A stretch of 43,211 nt of DNA from Gemmatimonadota bacterium. GTDB taxonomy: Bacteria; Gemmatimonadota; Gemmatimonadetes; Gemmatimonadales; Gemmatimonadaceae. Positions 8,809-17,993 of the stretch are shown here, piece after piece (position 1 is the stretch's first letter; each line of letters opens with the position of its first letter). Position numbers and translations under genes: made by a program. A model generated the notes under the pieces. It saw only the letters and a list, made by a program, of their open reading frames with translations. It made no database searches and was not told where the DNA came from. Location: positions 1 through 43,211 of the forward strand of contig JANMLN010000085.1 in assembly GCA_031372565.1 (NCBI GenBank). The letters are read 5' to 3'.

Positions 8809-10731
8809 ATGTGCGGCATCTGCGGCATGGTGACTCCGCGCGGAAGCGGACGAGAGATCGCGCCGGCGCTCATCGAGCGCATGCGCGACACCCTGGTGCA
8901 TCGCGGTCCTGACGGCGCGGGGCTGCACGTGGGGCCCGGCGTGGGACTGGGCCATCGACGCCTCAGCATCATCGACGTGGAACACGGCGCGCAGCCGATG
9001 CACGGGGGCGAGGGCCACCTCCACATCGTGTACAACGGCGAGGTGTTCAATCACCCCGTGCTCAAGCAGGAGCTCGAGGCGCACGGCGTGCGCTACGACA
9101 CGCGCTGTGACACGGAAACCGTGCTGCACCTGTACGAACGCGAGGGGCGCGAGGCCGTGAAGCGGCTGCGCGGCATGTTCGCCATCGCGATCTGGGATGA
9201 CCGGACGCATTCGCTCTTTCTGGCGCGCGACCGGTTCGGCGTGAAGCCCGTCTACTATCATCTGGCCGGGGACGGCACGCTCGTCTTCGGCTCGGAGATC
9301 AAGGCGGTGCTTGCCTCGGGGTTGGTGCGGCCCGCGCTCAACGAGGGCATGCTGCCGGACTACCTGGCCAACCATGCCCCCTCCGGAACGGAGACGATGT
9401 TCGCCGGCATCCATCGGCTGCCTCCCGGGCACACGATGACCTGGGTGGACGGCACGGTGTCGATCGCGCGGTACTGGGACCTGCACTACGCCAAGGGCCC
9501 CGACACCCGCAGCGACGCGGACATCATCGATGAGTTCCGCGAGCGGTTCCGTGAGGCGGTCCGCATCCGGCTCATGTCCGACGTACCGCTGGGCATGTTC
9601 CTGTCAGGCGGCATCGACTCGGCGGCCATCACCGCGGTGATGAGCCCGATGGTCAGCGACCCGATCAAGACCTTCTCGGTCGCCTTCGCCGAACGCGAAG
9701 CCAACGAGCTGTACTATGCGCGCATGGTCTCGGCGCAGTACAAGACGGACCACCACGAGATCGTGGTGACACCGCGCAGCTTCCTCGACGCGATCCCGCG
9801 CCTGGTGTGGCACGAGGATGAGCCCATGGCACACCCGTCGAGTGTGGCCCTGCACTTCGTGTCGAAGCTGGCCTCGGAGCGGGTCAAGGTCGTGCTCACC
9901 GGCGAGGGGTCGGACGAGATGCTCGCCGGCTACAATCGCTACCGAGTGACCGCGCTCCAGCTGGCGTGGGGGGAGCGGTACGAAGCCCTCGTGCCGGCGC
10001 CGGTGCGAAACGCCCTGCGCGCCGCCATCGCGGGTGCGACGGGAGGCTCGCGCCTCGGCGCGAAGCTCGGGCGCACCTTCCTCATGCAGCACGCCGATCT
10101 CGACACGCTCTACTTCGACAACTTTGCCGTATTCGGTCGGGTGCGACAGCGCGCACTGCTGGCACCCGGTGTCCGCGATCGGGTGTCGGGAGTCGACCCG
10201 TACGCCGCCGCGCACGCGGCGCTGCGCGAGACCGATGCCCGGGACATCGTCGACCGGTTGTTGTACGCGGACGTCCGCACGTACCTGCACGAGCTGCTCA
10301 TGAAGCAGGACCAGATGAGCATGTCGGCCTCGATCGAAAGCCGCGTGCCGTTTCTGGACCATCCGATGGCCGAATTCATGGCGGCGCTGCCCGTGCACCT
10401 CAAGCTGCGCGGCATCACGACCAAGCACATCCTGCGCGAAGCGGTGCGCGATCTGCTGCCGCCCGAGATCCTCTCGCGCAAGAAGATGGGCTTCCCGGTC
10501 CCCTTCGGCGCCTGGATGCGTGGTCCGCACGCCGCGGTCGTGCAGGAGTTCGTGCTCGGCGACCGCGCCCGCGCCCGCAACCTGTTCGACCCCACGGCAG
10601 TGGCCGCGCTCGCGGCGGACCACGCCCGTGGCGCCAACCACGACGAGCGCCTCTGGTCGCTGGTGAACTTCGAGATCTGGCAGCGCATCTTTCTCGACGG
10701 CGAAGACCCGTCGCATGTCCGTGTACCGTAG
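8809..10731 (+). CDS. asnB: AsnB-type glutamine amidotransferase 1, probably polysaccharide-modifying
   Basis: MCGICG (catalytic Cys2), HRGPD, LGHRRLSIID, YNGE, RDRFGVKP, LSGGIDS, LTGEGSDE, ESRVPFLDH. Confidence 0.95.
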   Translation: MCGICGMVTPRGSGREIAPALIERMRDTLVHRGPDGAGLHVGPGVGLGHRRLSIIDVEHGAQPMHGGEGHLHIVYNGEVFNHPVLKQELEAHGVRYDTRCDTETVLHLYEREGREAVKRLRGMFAIAIWDDRTHSLFLARDRFGVKPVYYHLAGDGTLVFGSEIKAVLASGLVRPALNEGMLPDYLANHAPSGTETMFAGIHRLPPGHTMTWVDGTVSIARYWDLHYAKGPDTRSDADIIDEFRERFREAVRIRLMSDVPLGMFLSGGIDSAAITAVMSPMVSDPIKTFSVAFAEREANELYYARMVSAQYKTDHHEIVVTPRSFLDAIPRLVWHEDEPMAHPSSVALHFVSKLASERVKVVLTGEGSDEMLAGYNRYRVTALQLAWGERYEALVPAPVRNALRAAIAGATGGSRLGAKLGRTFLMQHADLDTLYFDNFAVFGRVRQRALLAPGVRDRVSGVDPYAAAHAALRETDARDIVDRLLYADVRTYLHELLMKQDQMSMSASIESRVPFLDHPMAEFMAALPVHLKLRGITTKHILREAVRDLLPPEILSRKKMGFPVPFGAWMRGPHAAVVQEFVLGDRARARNLFDPTAVAALAADHARGANHDERLWSLVNFEIWQRIFLDGEDPSHVRVP

Positions 10732-10773
10732 GCAGATCATGCCCCACCTTCATCCTTTGACGGGAACAGAATC

Positions 10774-12093
10774 ATGAGCGTGTCGGTCAGCGTGTTCGGG
10801 CTTGGCTACGTCGGCTGCGTGAGCGCCGCCTGCTTCGCCAAGGAGGGGCACACGGTCGTCGGCTGCGACGTGAGCGAGTCCAAGGTCGGCTTGATCAATG
10901 CCGGCAAGGCGACGATCGTCGAGTCGGGGATCGGCGAGCTCGTCGCGGAGATGCGCGCGAGCGGGCGCCTGCGCGCCACCACGAGCGCGCGCGAAGCGGT
11001 GCTGGCCACCGACATCTCGCTCATTGCCGTGGGCACGCCGAGCCGGGCCAACGGCGGCATCGACCTCCGGTACATCGAACGCGTGTGCGAGGAAATCGGC
11101 GCGGCGATCAAGGACAAGACGACGCGCCATGTCGTCGTGGTCCGCAGCACCGTGCTCCCCGGCACCACCGACACGGTGGTGATCCCGGCGCTCGAGCGCA
11201 CCTCGGGCAAGAAGGTCGGCGCCGAGCTGGGCGTGTGCATGAACCCCGAGTTCCTGCGCGAGGGCACGTCGATCCGCGACTTCTACGACCCGCCGTTCAC
11301 GCTGGTCGGCAGCAGCGATCCGCAGGCGGCGGCAGACGTGATGGCGCTCTACCAGGGGATCGAGTCCGCGAGCCACGTGACCGCGGTGCGGGTCGCCGAG
11401 ATGGTGAAGTACGCCTGCAACTCGTACCACGGGCTCAAGGTCGGCTTCGCCAACGAGATCGGCAACATCTGCAAGGCGCTCGGCGTCGACAGCCACGAGG
11501 TCATGCGCCTCTTCTGCGAAGACACCAAGCTCAACGTGTCGGCGGCGTACCTGAAGCCGGGGTTCGCCTTCGGCGGCTCGTGCCTCCCGAAAGACATCCG
11601 CGCCATCACGCATGCGGCGCGCGAACACGACATCAGCACGCCAATCCTGACCGGCACGCTCGAGAGCAACCAGGCGCAGATCCGGCGCGCCTTCGACATG
11701 ATCATGGCCACGGGGCGCCGCAAGGTCGGCGTGCTGGGCTTGAGCTTCAAGGCGGGCACCGACGATCTGCGCGAATCACCGATGGTGGCGCTCATCGAGA
11801 TGCTGATCGGCAAGGGCGTGCCGCTGGCGATCCATGACGACCACGTCTCGAGCGCCCGGTTGATCGGTGCCAACAAGGAGTACATCGAGAAGGAGATCCC
11901 GCACATCTGGACGCTGATGCGGCCGACCGTGAGCGACGTCCTGGCCGACGCCGAAGTGGTGGTCATCGGCAACGGGTCGCCCGAGTACCGCGGCATCCAG
12001 AAGCAGCTCGCCGATGGACAGATCGTGGTCGACCTCGTGCGCGCCTTCGGGCCTCGGACCAGCGACGCGGCGTATCAGGGCATCTGCTGGTGA
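10774..12093 (+). CDS. algD: GDP-mannose 6-dehydrogenase (AlgD-like; UDP-glucose/GDP-mannose dehydrogenase family)
   Basis: FGLGYVG, VGTPS, NPEFLREG, PGFAFGGSCLPKD, GLSFKAGTDDLRESP, GANKEYIE..IPH and terminal GICW, as recalled for Pseudomonas AlgD. Confidence 0.85.
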   Translation: MSVSVSVFGLGYVGCVSAACFAKEGHTVVGCDVSESKVGLINAGKATIVESGIGELVAEMRASGRLRATTSAREAVLATDISLIAVGTPSRANGGIDLRYIERVCEEIGAAIKDKTTRHVVVVRSTVLPGTTDTVVIPALERTSGKKVGAELGVCMNPEFLREGTSIRDFYDPPFTLVGSSDPQAAADVMALYQGIESASHVTAVRVAEMVKYACNSYHGLKVGFANEIGNICKALGVDSHEVMRLFCEDTKLNVSAAYLKPGFAFGGSCLPKDIRAITHAAREHDISTPILTGTLESNQAQIRRAFDMIMATGRRKVGVLGLSFKAGTDDLRESPMVALIEMLIGKGVPLAIHDDHVSSARLIGANKEYIEKEIPHIWTLMRPTVSDVLADAEVVVIGNGSPEYRGIQKQLADGQIVVDLVRAFGPRTSDAAYQGICW

Positions 12094-12121
12094 GCGCGCA
12101 CGACGCGGTCAGGGCCCGCGC

Positions 12122-13327
12122 ATGAAGCTGCTGTGGGTCAAGGCCGGGAAGATTCTGCCCGTCGATACCGGCGGCAAGATCCGCACGATCAACATCCTGC
12201 GGCAGTTGGCGCGCCAACACGAGGTCCATTTCATCTCGTATTACGGCGGGCCGCAGGATGCCGCGTACGAAGTCGCGCTGCGTGCGGAGTTCCCGCACGC
12301 GATCCCGGTGGCCGATGCCTGGCCCGAGTCCGCGGTTGGCCAAGGGCTCAAGTACGCGAGCACCTTCGCTTCCGGCATTCCGTTCGCCGTCGGGAAGTTC
12401 ACGCATCCGGTCGTGACCGCGCGTGTGGCCGACGCGTACACCGACCCGTCGATCGACGTCGTGATCTGCGACTTCCTCGCGCCGGCCGGCAACTTCCCGG
12501 CGACGCTGGCGCGTCCGACCGTGCTGTTCCAGCACAACGTCGAGTCCGCACTCTGGGCTCGGCAAGCCGAGCACGAGACGCGCTTCCCGCTCACGTACGT
12601 GTATCGCGAGGAAGCGAGGCGCATGGCCGTGTACGAAGCGGCGGCGGTGCGACGGTTCCACCATGTCATCGCCGTGTCCGATGTGGACAAGCAGCAGATG
12701 GCGGAGTGGGTCTCGCCCGATCGGATCAGCGTGACGCCGACGGGTGTCGACCTCGGGCAGTTTGGTGCGGGTGCCGGCGCGGCCGGAGACGCCAAGCCCC
12801 TCGTCGTCTTCGTCGGCTCGATGGATTGGGAGGCGAACAGCGACGGCATCGAGTGGTTCTGCCGCGAGGGGTGGCCGCGCGTGGTTGCGGCGCGCCCCGA
12901 TGCGGTACTGCGCGTCGTCGGCCGCAAGCCTCCCGAGCGTATCCGCGATCTGGCGTCTGCGCAGATCGAGATCACCGGTACCGTGCCGAGCGTCGTCGAG
13001 CACCTGCACGCCGCCGCCGTGGTGATCGTCCCCCTGCGCATCGGGGGCGGCACTCGCCTCAAGATCTACGAAGCGATGGCGGCGCGCCGGCCGGTGGTGT
13101 CCACGTCAATCGGCGCGGAAGGGCTCGACGTCACGCACGGGCAGGACATCGTGCTGGCCGACGCGCCTGCGACGATGGCCGAAGCGATCGTGCGGCTGCT
13201 TGACGCCCCCGCTGAGCGCACACGCATCGGTGACAGCGCCGCCGCGACGGCCGGACGGTTCGGGTGGGCATCGGTCACGAACGCTTTCGTCGCGTCGCTT
13301 GAGGAAGCACGGCGGGCCGTACGCTGA
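12122..13327 (+). CDS. Glycosyltransferase family 4
   Basis: Likely start ATG 12122 (MKLLWVK); FQHNVES, FVGSMDWEANSDG, PLRIGGGTRLKIYEAMA, STSIGAEG. Confidence 0.9.
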   Translation: MKLLWVKAGKILPVDTGGKIRTINILRQLARQHEVHFISYYGGPQDAAYEVALRAEFPHAIPVADAWPESAVGQGLKYASTFASGIPFAVGKFTHPVVTARVADAYTDPSIDVVICDFLAPAGNFPATLARPTVLFQHNVESALWARQAEHETRFPLTYVYREEARRMAVYEAAAVRRFHHVIAVSDVDKQQMAEWVSPDRISVTPTGVDLGQFGAGAGAAGDAKPLVVFVGSMDWEANSDGIEWFCREGWPRVVAARPDAVLRVVGRKPPERIRDLASAQIEITGTVPSVVEHLHAAAVVIVPLRIGGGTRLKIYEAMAARRPVVSTSIGAEGLDVTHGQDIVLADAPATMAEAIVRLLDAPAERTRIGDSAAATAGRFGWASVTNAFVASLEEARRAVR

Positions 13328-13365
13328 CCCGCGCCGCCCGCCGTGCCTGAGACCGCCCGGCTCGT

Positions 13366-15006
13366 CTACCGAATCGGCATTTCGACGAGGAACACATCGG
13401 TCCGGGACTGACCGTTCATGTTCGAGTCGAACAGGACGAGCTTCCCGTCGATCGAGATGGTGGTCCGGGGCTGCGAATAGTAGATGTGGTTTGCGGTGGC
13501 ACCCGCGGCGGGCAGCACCGAGTAGTGATGCCCCACGATGCGGAACTGCAACCCATCCAGTGTGAGCATGGCGATGCCCTCCTTCACGCCGCCGGTGCCC
13601 GTGGTAACGAACGACCAGTCGAAGGTCTCGCGCAGGATCCATTGCTTCGTCAGGTTGCCGCCACCAAGCTCGGCATCGCTCATGACCCACTGCCCGCTGT
13701 GGTGCGTATCCGGATAGTACCCGCCGAGGGTCGGGTGGAACTGGAAGTGCGCGCGTGCGGCGGCAGGATCAGCGGCCCACAGCGGCGTCTTGCCAGCGCC
13801 GGTGTTCGGGTCCGACACCACATAGTAGCCGCGCAAGATCCCGACGTGCGCGAAGATCGAGTTGCCGGGCGCCGCGAAGACGCTCGTCGTGTTGTTGGAC
13901 AGGTCCCACATCGTGCCGCTCGTCAGCGCCTGATTGGCGAACACGTAACGACCGTTCTTCTCCATGTACGGTTCATCGAGACCCGTGAACGTCCGTGTGA
14001 TCTTCGTGTTGGTGGCCCGGTCGAATGCGACCACATCATTCGATGAACTGGCGCTGATGACGACGAACTTGTTGTCCGTCATGTCGTTCTGCAGCCAATT
14101 GGTGCCGCCAAGCGCGACGGGAAAAGGTGCGACGTCGGCGAACGCATTGGTGGCCACGTCGTAGCGTCGAAGCTGCCCAGTCGAGCTGACCAGATAGCAG
14201 ATGCTCGGTGTAGCAGGGTCCTTGGCGAAGGTGCCCATCACCATGCCCGCCGGCGCCTGCCGGTAGTTGGTGAGGCCGCCCGCGCGCGTGAAGTCGACGA
14301 AGTACATCGTGCCGCTCGGCATGAAGACGAACAGGGTGTGCTTCCCGCTGTACTCACGACTGATCTGCGACGGCCCCTCCGAGTACGTGTGGTTCGAAAA
14401 GGCGTTCGCCGTGGGCACCGTGGCACTTGTCACCTTCCACACCTTGACCCCCGTCACGGGATCCAGATACGACGATCCCGCGGCCATGGCCGGAACGTTC
14501 AGCGCGTTGTACGCCGTCGCGTTGCGCAACTGGCCCGACGCGACCGGAAGCAGCGTCGGATCCGCGACCAAGCCACCACCACCGCCGCCACCGCCACCGC
14601 CACCACCGCCTCCACCACCACCGCCAGCAGCCGTCACCGTGACGGCCGCGGTGATGCTCCTGCCCTCGCTCGATGCGGTCACCACGGTGGATCCGGCGGC
14701 CTGCGCGGTCGCGAGGCCATTGTTGTCAACGGAGGCGACCGAGGGCACGCTGCTCGAGTACGTGATCGTGCGGCCCGAGAGATTCGCACCGGCAGCGTTG
14801 CGCGGCGTCACCGTGAACTGCTGGGTCGCGCCCACGACCAGCGACACCGTGATCGGCGCGATGCCCACCGAGGCAACCGGATCGACCGGTATGACCACGT
14901 TGATCGGTCCCGACTCCGACGACCCACACGCGACCAGGGAGACCATCATCAGGACGGCTGTTCGCATCCTGGTCGTTGGGTGGCGCGCACGCCAAGTCAC
15001 TCGCAT
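13366..15006 (-). CDS. Lipoprotein: Ig-like (Big_2) domain, poly-Gly linker, predicted beta-propeller (oligogalacturonate-lyase/TolB-like)
   Basis: GAGAGGGA RBS before ATG 15006 (alternative start 14967); lipobox LVAC; Big_2-like SSSVPSVASVDNNGLATA; Gly18; DPVTGVKVWKVT and terminal ISIDGKLVLFDSN...DVFLVE. Confidence 0.7.
   Translation of the reverse strand: MRVTWRARHPTTRMRTAVLMMVSLVACGSSESGPINVVIPVDPVASVGIAPITVSLVVGATQQFTVTPRNAAGANLSGRTITYSSSVPSVASVDNNGLATAQAAGSTVVTASSEGRSITAAVTVTAAGGGGGGGGGGGGGGGGGGLVADPTLLPVASGQLRNATAYNALNVPAMAAGSSYLDPVTGVKVWKVTSATVPTANAFSNHTYSEGPSQISREYSGKHTLFVFMPSGTMYFVDFTRAGGLTNYRQAPAGMVMGTFAKDPATPSICYLVSSTGQLRRYDVATNAFADVAPFPVALGGTNWLQNDMTDNKFVVISASSSNDVVAFDRATNTKITRTFTGLDEPYMEKNGRYVFANQALTSGTMWDLSNNTTSVFAAPGNSIFAHVGILRGYYVVSDPNTGAGKTPLWAADPAAARAHFQFHPTLGGYYPDTHHSGQWVMSDAELGGGNLTKQWILRETFDWSFVTTGTGGVKEGIAMLTLDGLQFRIVGHHYSVLPAAGATANHIYYSQPRTTISIDGKLVLFDSNMNGQSRTDVFLVEMPIR
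14572..14625 (-). repeat. GGN codon run encoding 18 glycines
   Basis: (a/g/t)cc triplets x18 on the plus strand; mixed codons. Confidence 0.95.
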
Positions 15007-15496
15007 GAGTCGAATCCCTCTCTGATGGGGCTAAATCGTCGTCCACTCTGAGGTTACTAGCGGTCGCACCACTCCGCTACCACGGGGCGCAGTCGTTGCG
15101 AAAATCTCTGTCATTGCGTCGACCTCGATATAATTGCAAGTCGTTATCAAACAAAGAGATATATCGGCATCGGCCGCAGCGCCTCGACGCGCGTCGTTCC
15201 ACAGAACACCGCGTCGCTCACGGCGTCGTTGCGGGGTCACTCGCGCTCCGCCACCGCCGTGGGCCCCGTTGACCGACGAGACCACCTGCCCCGCACCGCG
15301 CGGCATCACGACCGATCCGAAGGTGGCGACGGCGTCGCGCAGCATCCGCCGGACAGACCCGTCGATTATTCTATCTCCTCGTGAGCTGCGCGTCGACTCG
15401 AAACGCGATCCGGTGCGCGACGGTGGACGGCCTGTGCCGCATGGCTTGGCGTTGTCGCTGACTTCTTCGGGCCCCCTCTTCCCTGAGCCGCGCACT

Positions 15497-16540
15497 TTGC
15501 ACGTCGTCTTGTTTGGCCCGATCCCTCCGCCATTCGGCGGTGTACAGGTGCACTTGATGGCACTCCGTGAGCACCTGGGAGCGTCGGGCGTCGAGTGCAG
15601 CGCGGTGAACATCACGCGTCATCGGCAGGTGGACCATGATCGCCTCTTCTTTCCGCGCTCCGCCGCGCAGCTGATCGCCCGCGTTCTCCAGCTGCGCGCG
15701 GACGTCCTGCACGTCCACGTGGGCGGCGACCTCTCGCGCAAAGACCTGCTGCTCTGCCTCGCGCTGTCAGCCATCCCCGGAGCGCGTACGGTCCTGACCT
15801 GTCACTCGGGAGGCTTCCCCTCCTCCCCTGCCGGACGCGCGGCCGCGCCGAACTCCTTCGCCGGCTTCGTGCTCCGCCGACTCGACAGGGTCATCGGTGT
15901 CAACGCCGACATCGCGGCCACCTTTCGCCGGTTCGGGTGCGCTGCTGAGCGCGTGGTCGTCATCGAACCGCATGCTGAACCGGCGGTTGCCGAGTTCAGT
16001 CGAACGGAGTGGCCGCCACGATTCCGGGCGTTCGCCGAGGCGCACGACCCGGTCCTGCTGACCGTCGGCGGGCTTGAGCCCGAATACAGCGTGGACCTGC
16101 AGATCGCCGCCTTGCCGCAGATCCGCGCCGCGCGGCCCGACGCGGGCCTCATCATCGTCGGTGGCGGGAGCCAAGCCGACGCCGCACGGGCGTGGGTGGA
16201 CGGTTCACCGGTGCGCGACCATCTGCTGCTCGCCGGCGACGTGCCACATCCGGAGACGCTCGCCGCGATTGCGCGCTGCGACCTGCTCCTGCGACCGACC
16301 GCGTTTGATGGCGATTCCGTCTCGGTGCGCGAGGCGCTCGCGCTCGGCACCCCCGTGGTGGCCACCAACAACGGGATGCGGCCCGCGGGGGTTCACTTGA
16401 TCGAGGAGCGGACCAGCACCGCCATCGCCGACGGCGCGATCGCATGGGCAGGCGCCCGGACCGCGGCCACGGAGCGCGGTGGCGACACGTCGAATCTCGA
16501 TCGCGTCCTCATGCTGTATCAGCGACTCCTCGCCACCTGA
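15497..16540 (+). CDS. Glycosyltransferase family 4 (start uncertain)
   Basis: Homology-like region begins LHVVLFGPIPPPFGGVQVH (TTG 15497; GTG 15434 also possible); DVLHVH; DGDSVSVREALALGTPVVAT. Confidence 0.85.
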   Translation: MHVVLFGPIPPPFGGVQVHLMALREHLGASGVECSAVNITRHRQVDHDRLFFPRSAAQLIARVLQLRADVLHVHVGGDLSRKDLLLCLALSAIPGARTVLTCHSGGFPSSPAGRAAAPNSFAGFVLRRLDRVIGVNADIAATFRRFGCAAERVVVIEPHAEPAVAEFSRTEWPPRFRAFAEAHDPVLLTVGGLEPEYSVDLQIAALPQIRAARPDAGLIIVGGGSQADAARAWVDGSPVRDHLLLAGDVPHPETLAAIARCDLLLRPTAFDGDSVSVREALALGTPVVATNNGMRPAGVHLIEERTSTAIADGAIAWAGARTAATERGGDTSNLDRVLMLYQRLLAT

Positions 16541-17859
16541 TGTCCCCCCTCGACGGAACCGACTGGAGGAAGTGGCGACCCGGGACCTTGGCACGCGGCG
16601 CATCGTGGGCGGTCGTCCTCACGATCGGTGCGTTGATCCTCGGCACCGCAGTCTCCATCTCGCTCACCCGCATCCTCGGCGCCGTCGGGTACGGCACCTA
16701 CGTGTTCGCGCTCGGGTGGGTCAACGTCGCCGTGATCGTCTGCAAGTTCGATTTCGACACCGTCGCGATGCGGTTCGGGGGCCCCGCGAACGCCCGAGGC
16801 GACGGGCCGTATTTGCGCTCCCTCGCACGGACGCTCGTTCTGGCCACGCTCGGCGTCACGCTCGCGTTCGTGGCGGTGGCCGCGGCCGTGCTCGCCCTCC
16901 TGCGCAGCACCGTGCCGGCACAGACGTCGAGCGTCCTCTGGGCTGCGCTGGTGCTGCTCCCACCAATGGCCGTGCTGGCGGTCTCCGGAGCGGTGCTGCA
17001 GGCGATGGGCTGGGTGATTCGTGCACAGTTGCCGACGGCCATCATCCGGTCCGTGCTCTTTCTCGCGCTGGTGCTGCTGTTCGGCCTCGTGGCACGGCGC
17101 CTCACGCCGGACTCGGCCATCTTGGCGAACATGGCGGGCACCGTGGCCGCGCTCGTGCTGAGCCTGGCATGGCTCCACCAAACGATCCCGAAAGGCGAAT
17201 CCGCCGTGGTGCCTGCGGCTGAGCGCTCGGCCTGGTTCGTGACCGCGCGCGGCGCCTTGGCGGTCTCGATCGGGCAGGTCGTGCTGTCGACCCAAACCGA
17301 CATCGTCTTGCTGGGCTTCTTCTCGACGCCGCAGGAAACCGGCTTCTATGCCGTCGCAACACAGCTTGCGAGCCTGCCACTGCTCGGAGTGGCCGCAGTG
17401 CAGCCGGTCGTCAGTCCCCGGATCGCCGCGCTGTACCAGGCGGGCGACCTGGTCGGGTTGCAGCGACTCGTTGCCCAGGTGCGAACCGGCAACCTGTTGA
17501 TGACCACACCGTTCATCATCGCGCTCGTGTTCGGGGGTCGCCTGATCCTGCGCGTGTTCGGCGCAGGCTACGCCGAGGGGTCCTACGCGCCCCTCATGTT
17601 GCTGTGCGTCGTGACCTTCCTCGTGGCCCTCATCGCGAATCTGGGCGGCTTTCTGCTTACGCTCACCGGACATCAAGCGCGCGCCGCGCGCTTCGTCGGC
17701 ATCTCAGCAGTCGTGTATTTCGTGGTCGCCTTCGCGCTCGGGCCTCGCTACGGCATGTTCGGCGTGGGCGCCGCGACGATCCTGTCCACGGTCTGGCGAG
17801 CTGCGCTCATCGAGCGCTTCGCGCGTCGTCACCTCGGCATTCGGCTCCTCGGCTCCTGA
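16540..17859 (+). CDS. Wzx-type oligosaccharide flippase
   Basis: TGATG coupling to the upstream GT; LTRILGAVGYGTY, QTDIVLLG, TGFYAVATQLA; many TM helices. Confidence 0.88.
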   Translation: MSPLDGTDWRKWRPGTLARGASWAVVLTIGALILGTAVSISLTRILGAVGYGTYVFALGWVNVAVIVCKFDFDTVAMRFGGPANARGDGPYLRSLARTLVLATLGVTLAFVAVAAAVLALLRSTVPAQTSSVLWAALVLLPPMAVLAVSGAVLQAMGWVIRAQLPTAIIRSVLFLALVLLFGLVARRLTPDSAILANMAGTVAALVLSLAWLHQTIPKGESAVVPAAERSAWFVTARGALAVSIGQVVLSTQTDIVLLGFFSTPQETGFYAVATQLASLPLLGVAAVQPVVSPRIAALYQAGDLVGLQRLVAQVRTGNLLMTTPFIIALVFGGRLILRVFGAGYAEGSYAPLMLLCVVTFLVALIANLGGFLLTLTGHQARAARFVGISAVVYFVVAFALGPRYGMFGVGAATILSTVWRAALIERFARRHLGIRLLGS

Positions 17860-17993
17860 TCGGCATAGCGGCTCCCCGCACCGGCGCAGGGGCCCAGGAC
17901 AGGCCGAACCAGCGTGGGCGGACCGGATAGCGATCGCGGACAGTGCCAGACCCCGCCATCGCACGTACGTCGCGTTATCGTACGGTCGCTCCC

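Noticed and set aside
10774..12093. A true alginate operon
   Set aside because: No alg8, alg44, algK, algE, algG or algX equivalents are visible; the export machinery is Wzx/Wzy/Wzc type.
14572..14625. Phase-variable microsatellite
   Set aside because: A mixed-codon triplet run; slippage would keep the frame, so it is a protein linker rather than an on/off switch.
14267..15025. Plus-strand ORF with a poly-proline run
   Set aside because: Reverse complement of the poly-glycine linker of the minus-strand lipoprotein.
15031..15615. 194-aa minus-strand ORF and the long N-terminal extension of ORF 15134-16540
   Set aside because: No recognisable motifs; they cross an AT-rich promoter-like tract, and the minus ORF overlaps the GT4 start.
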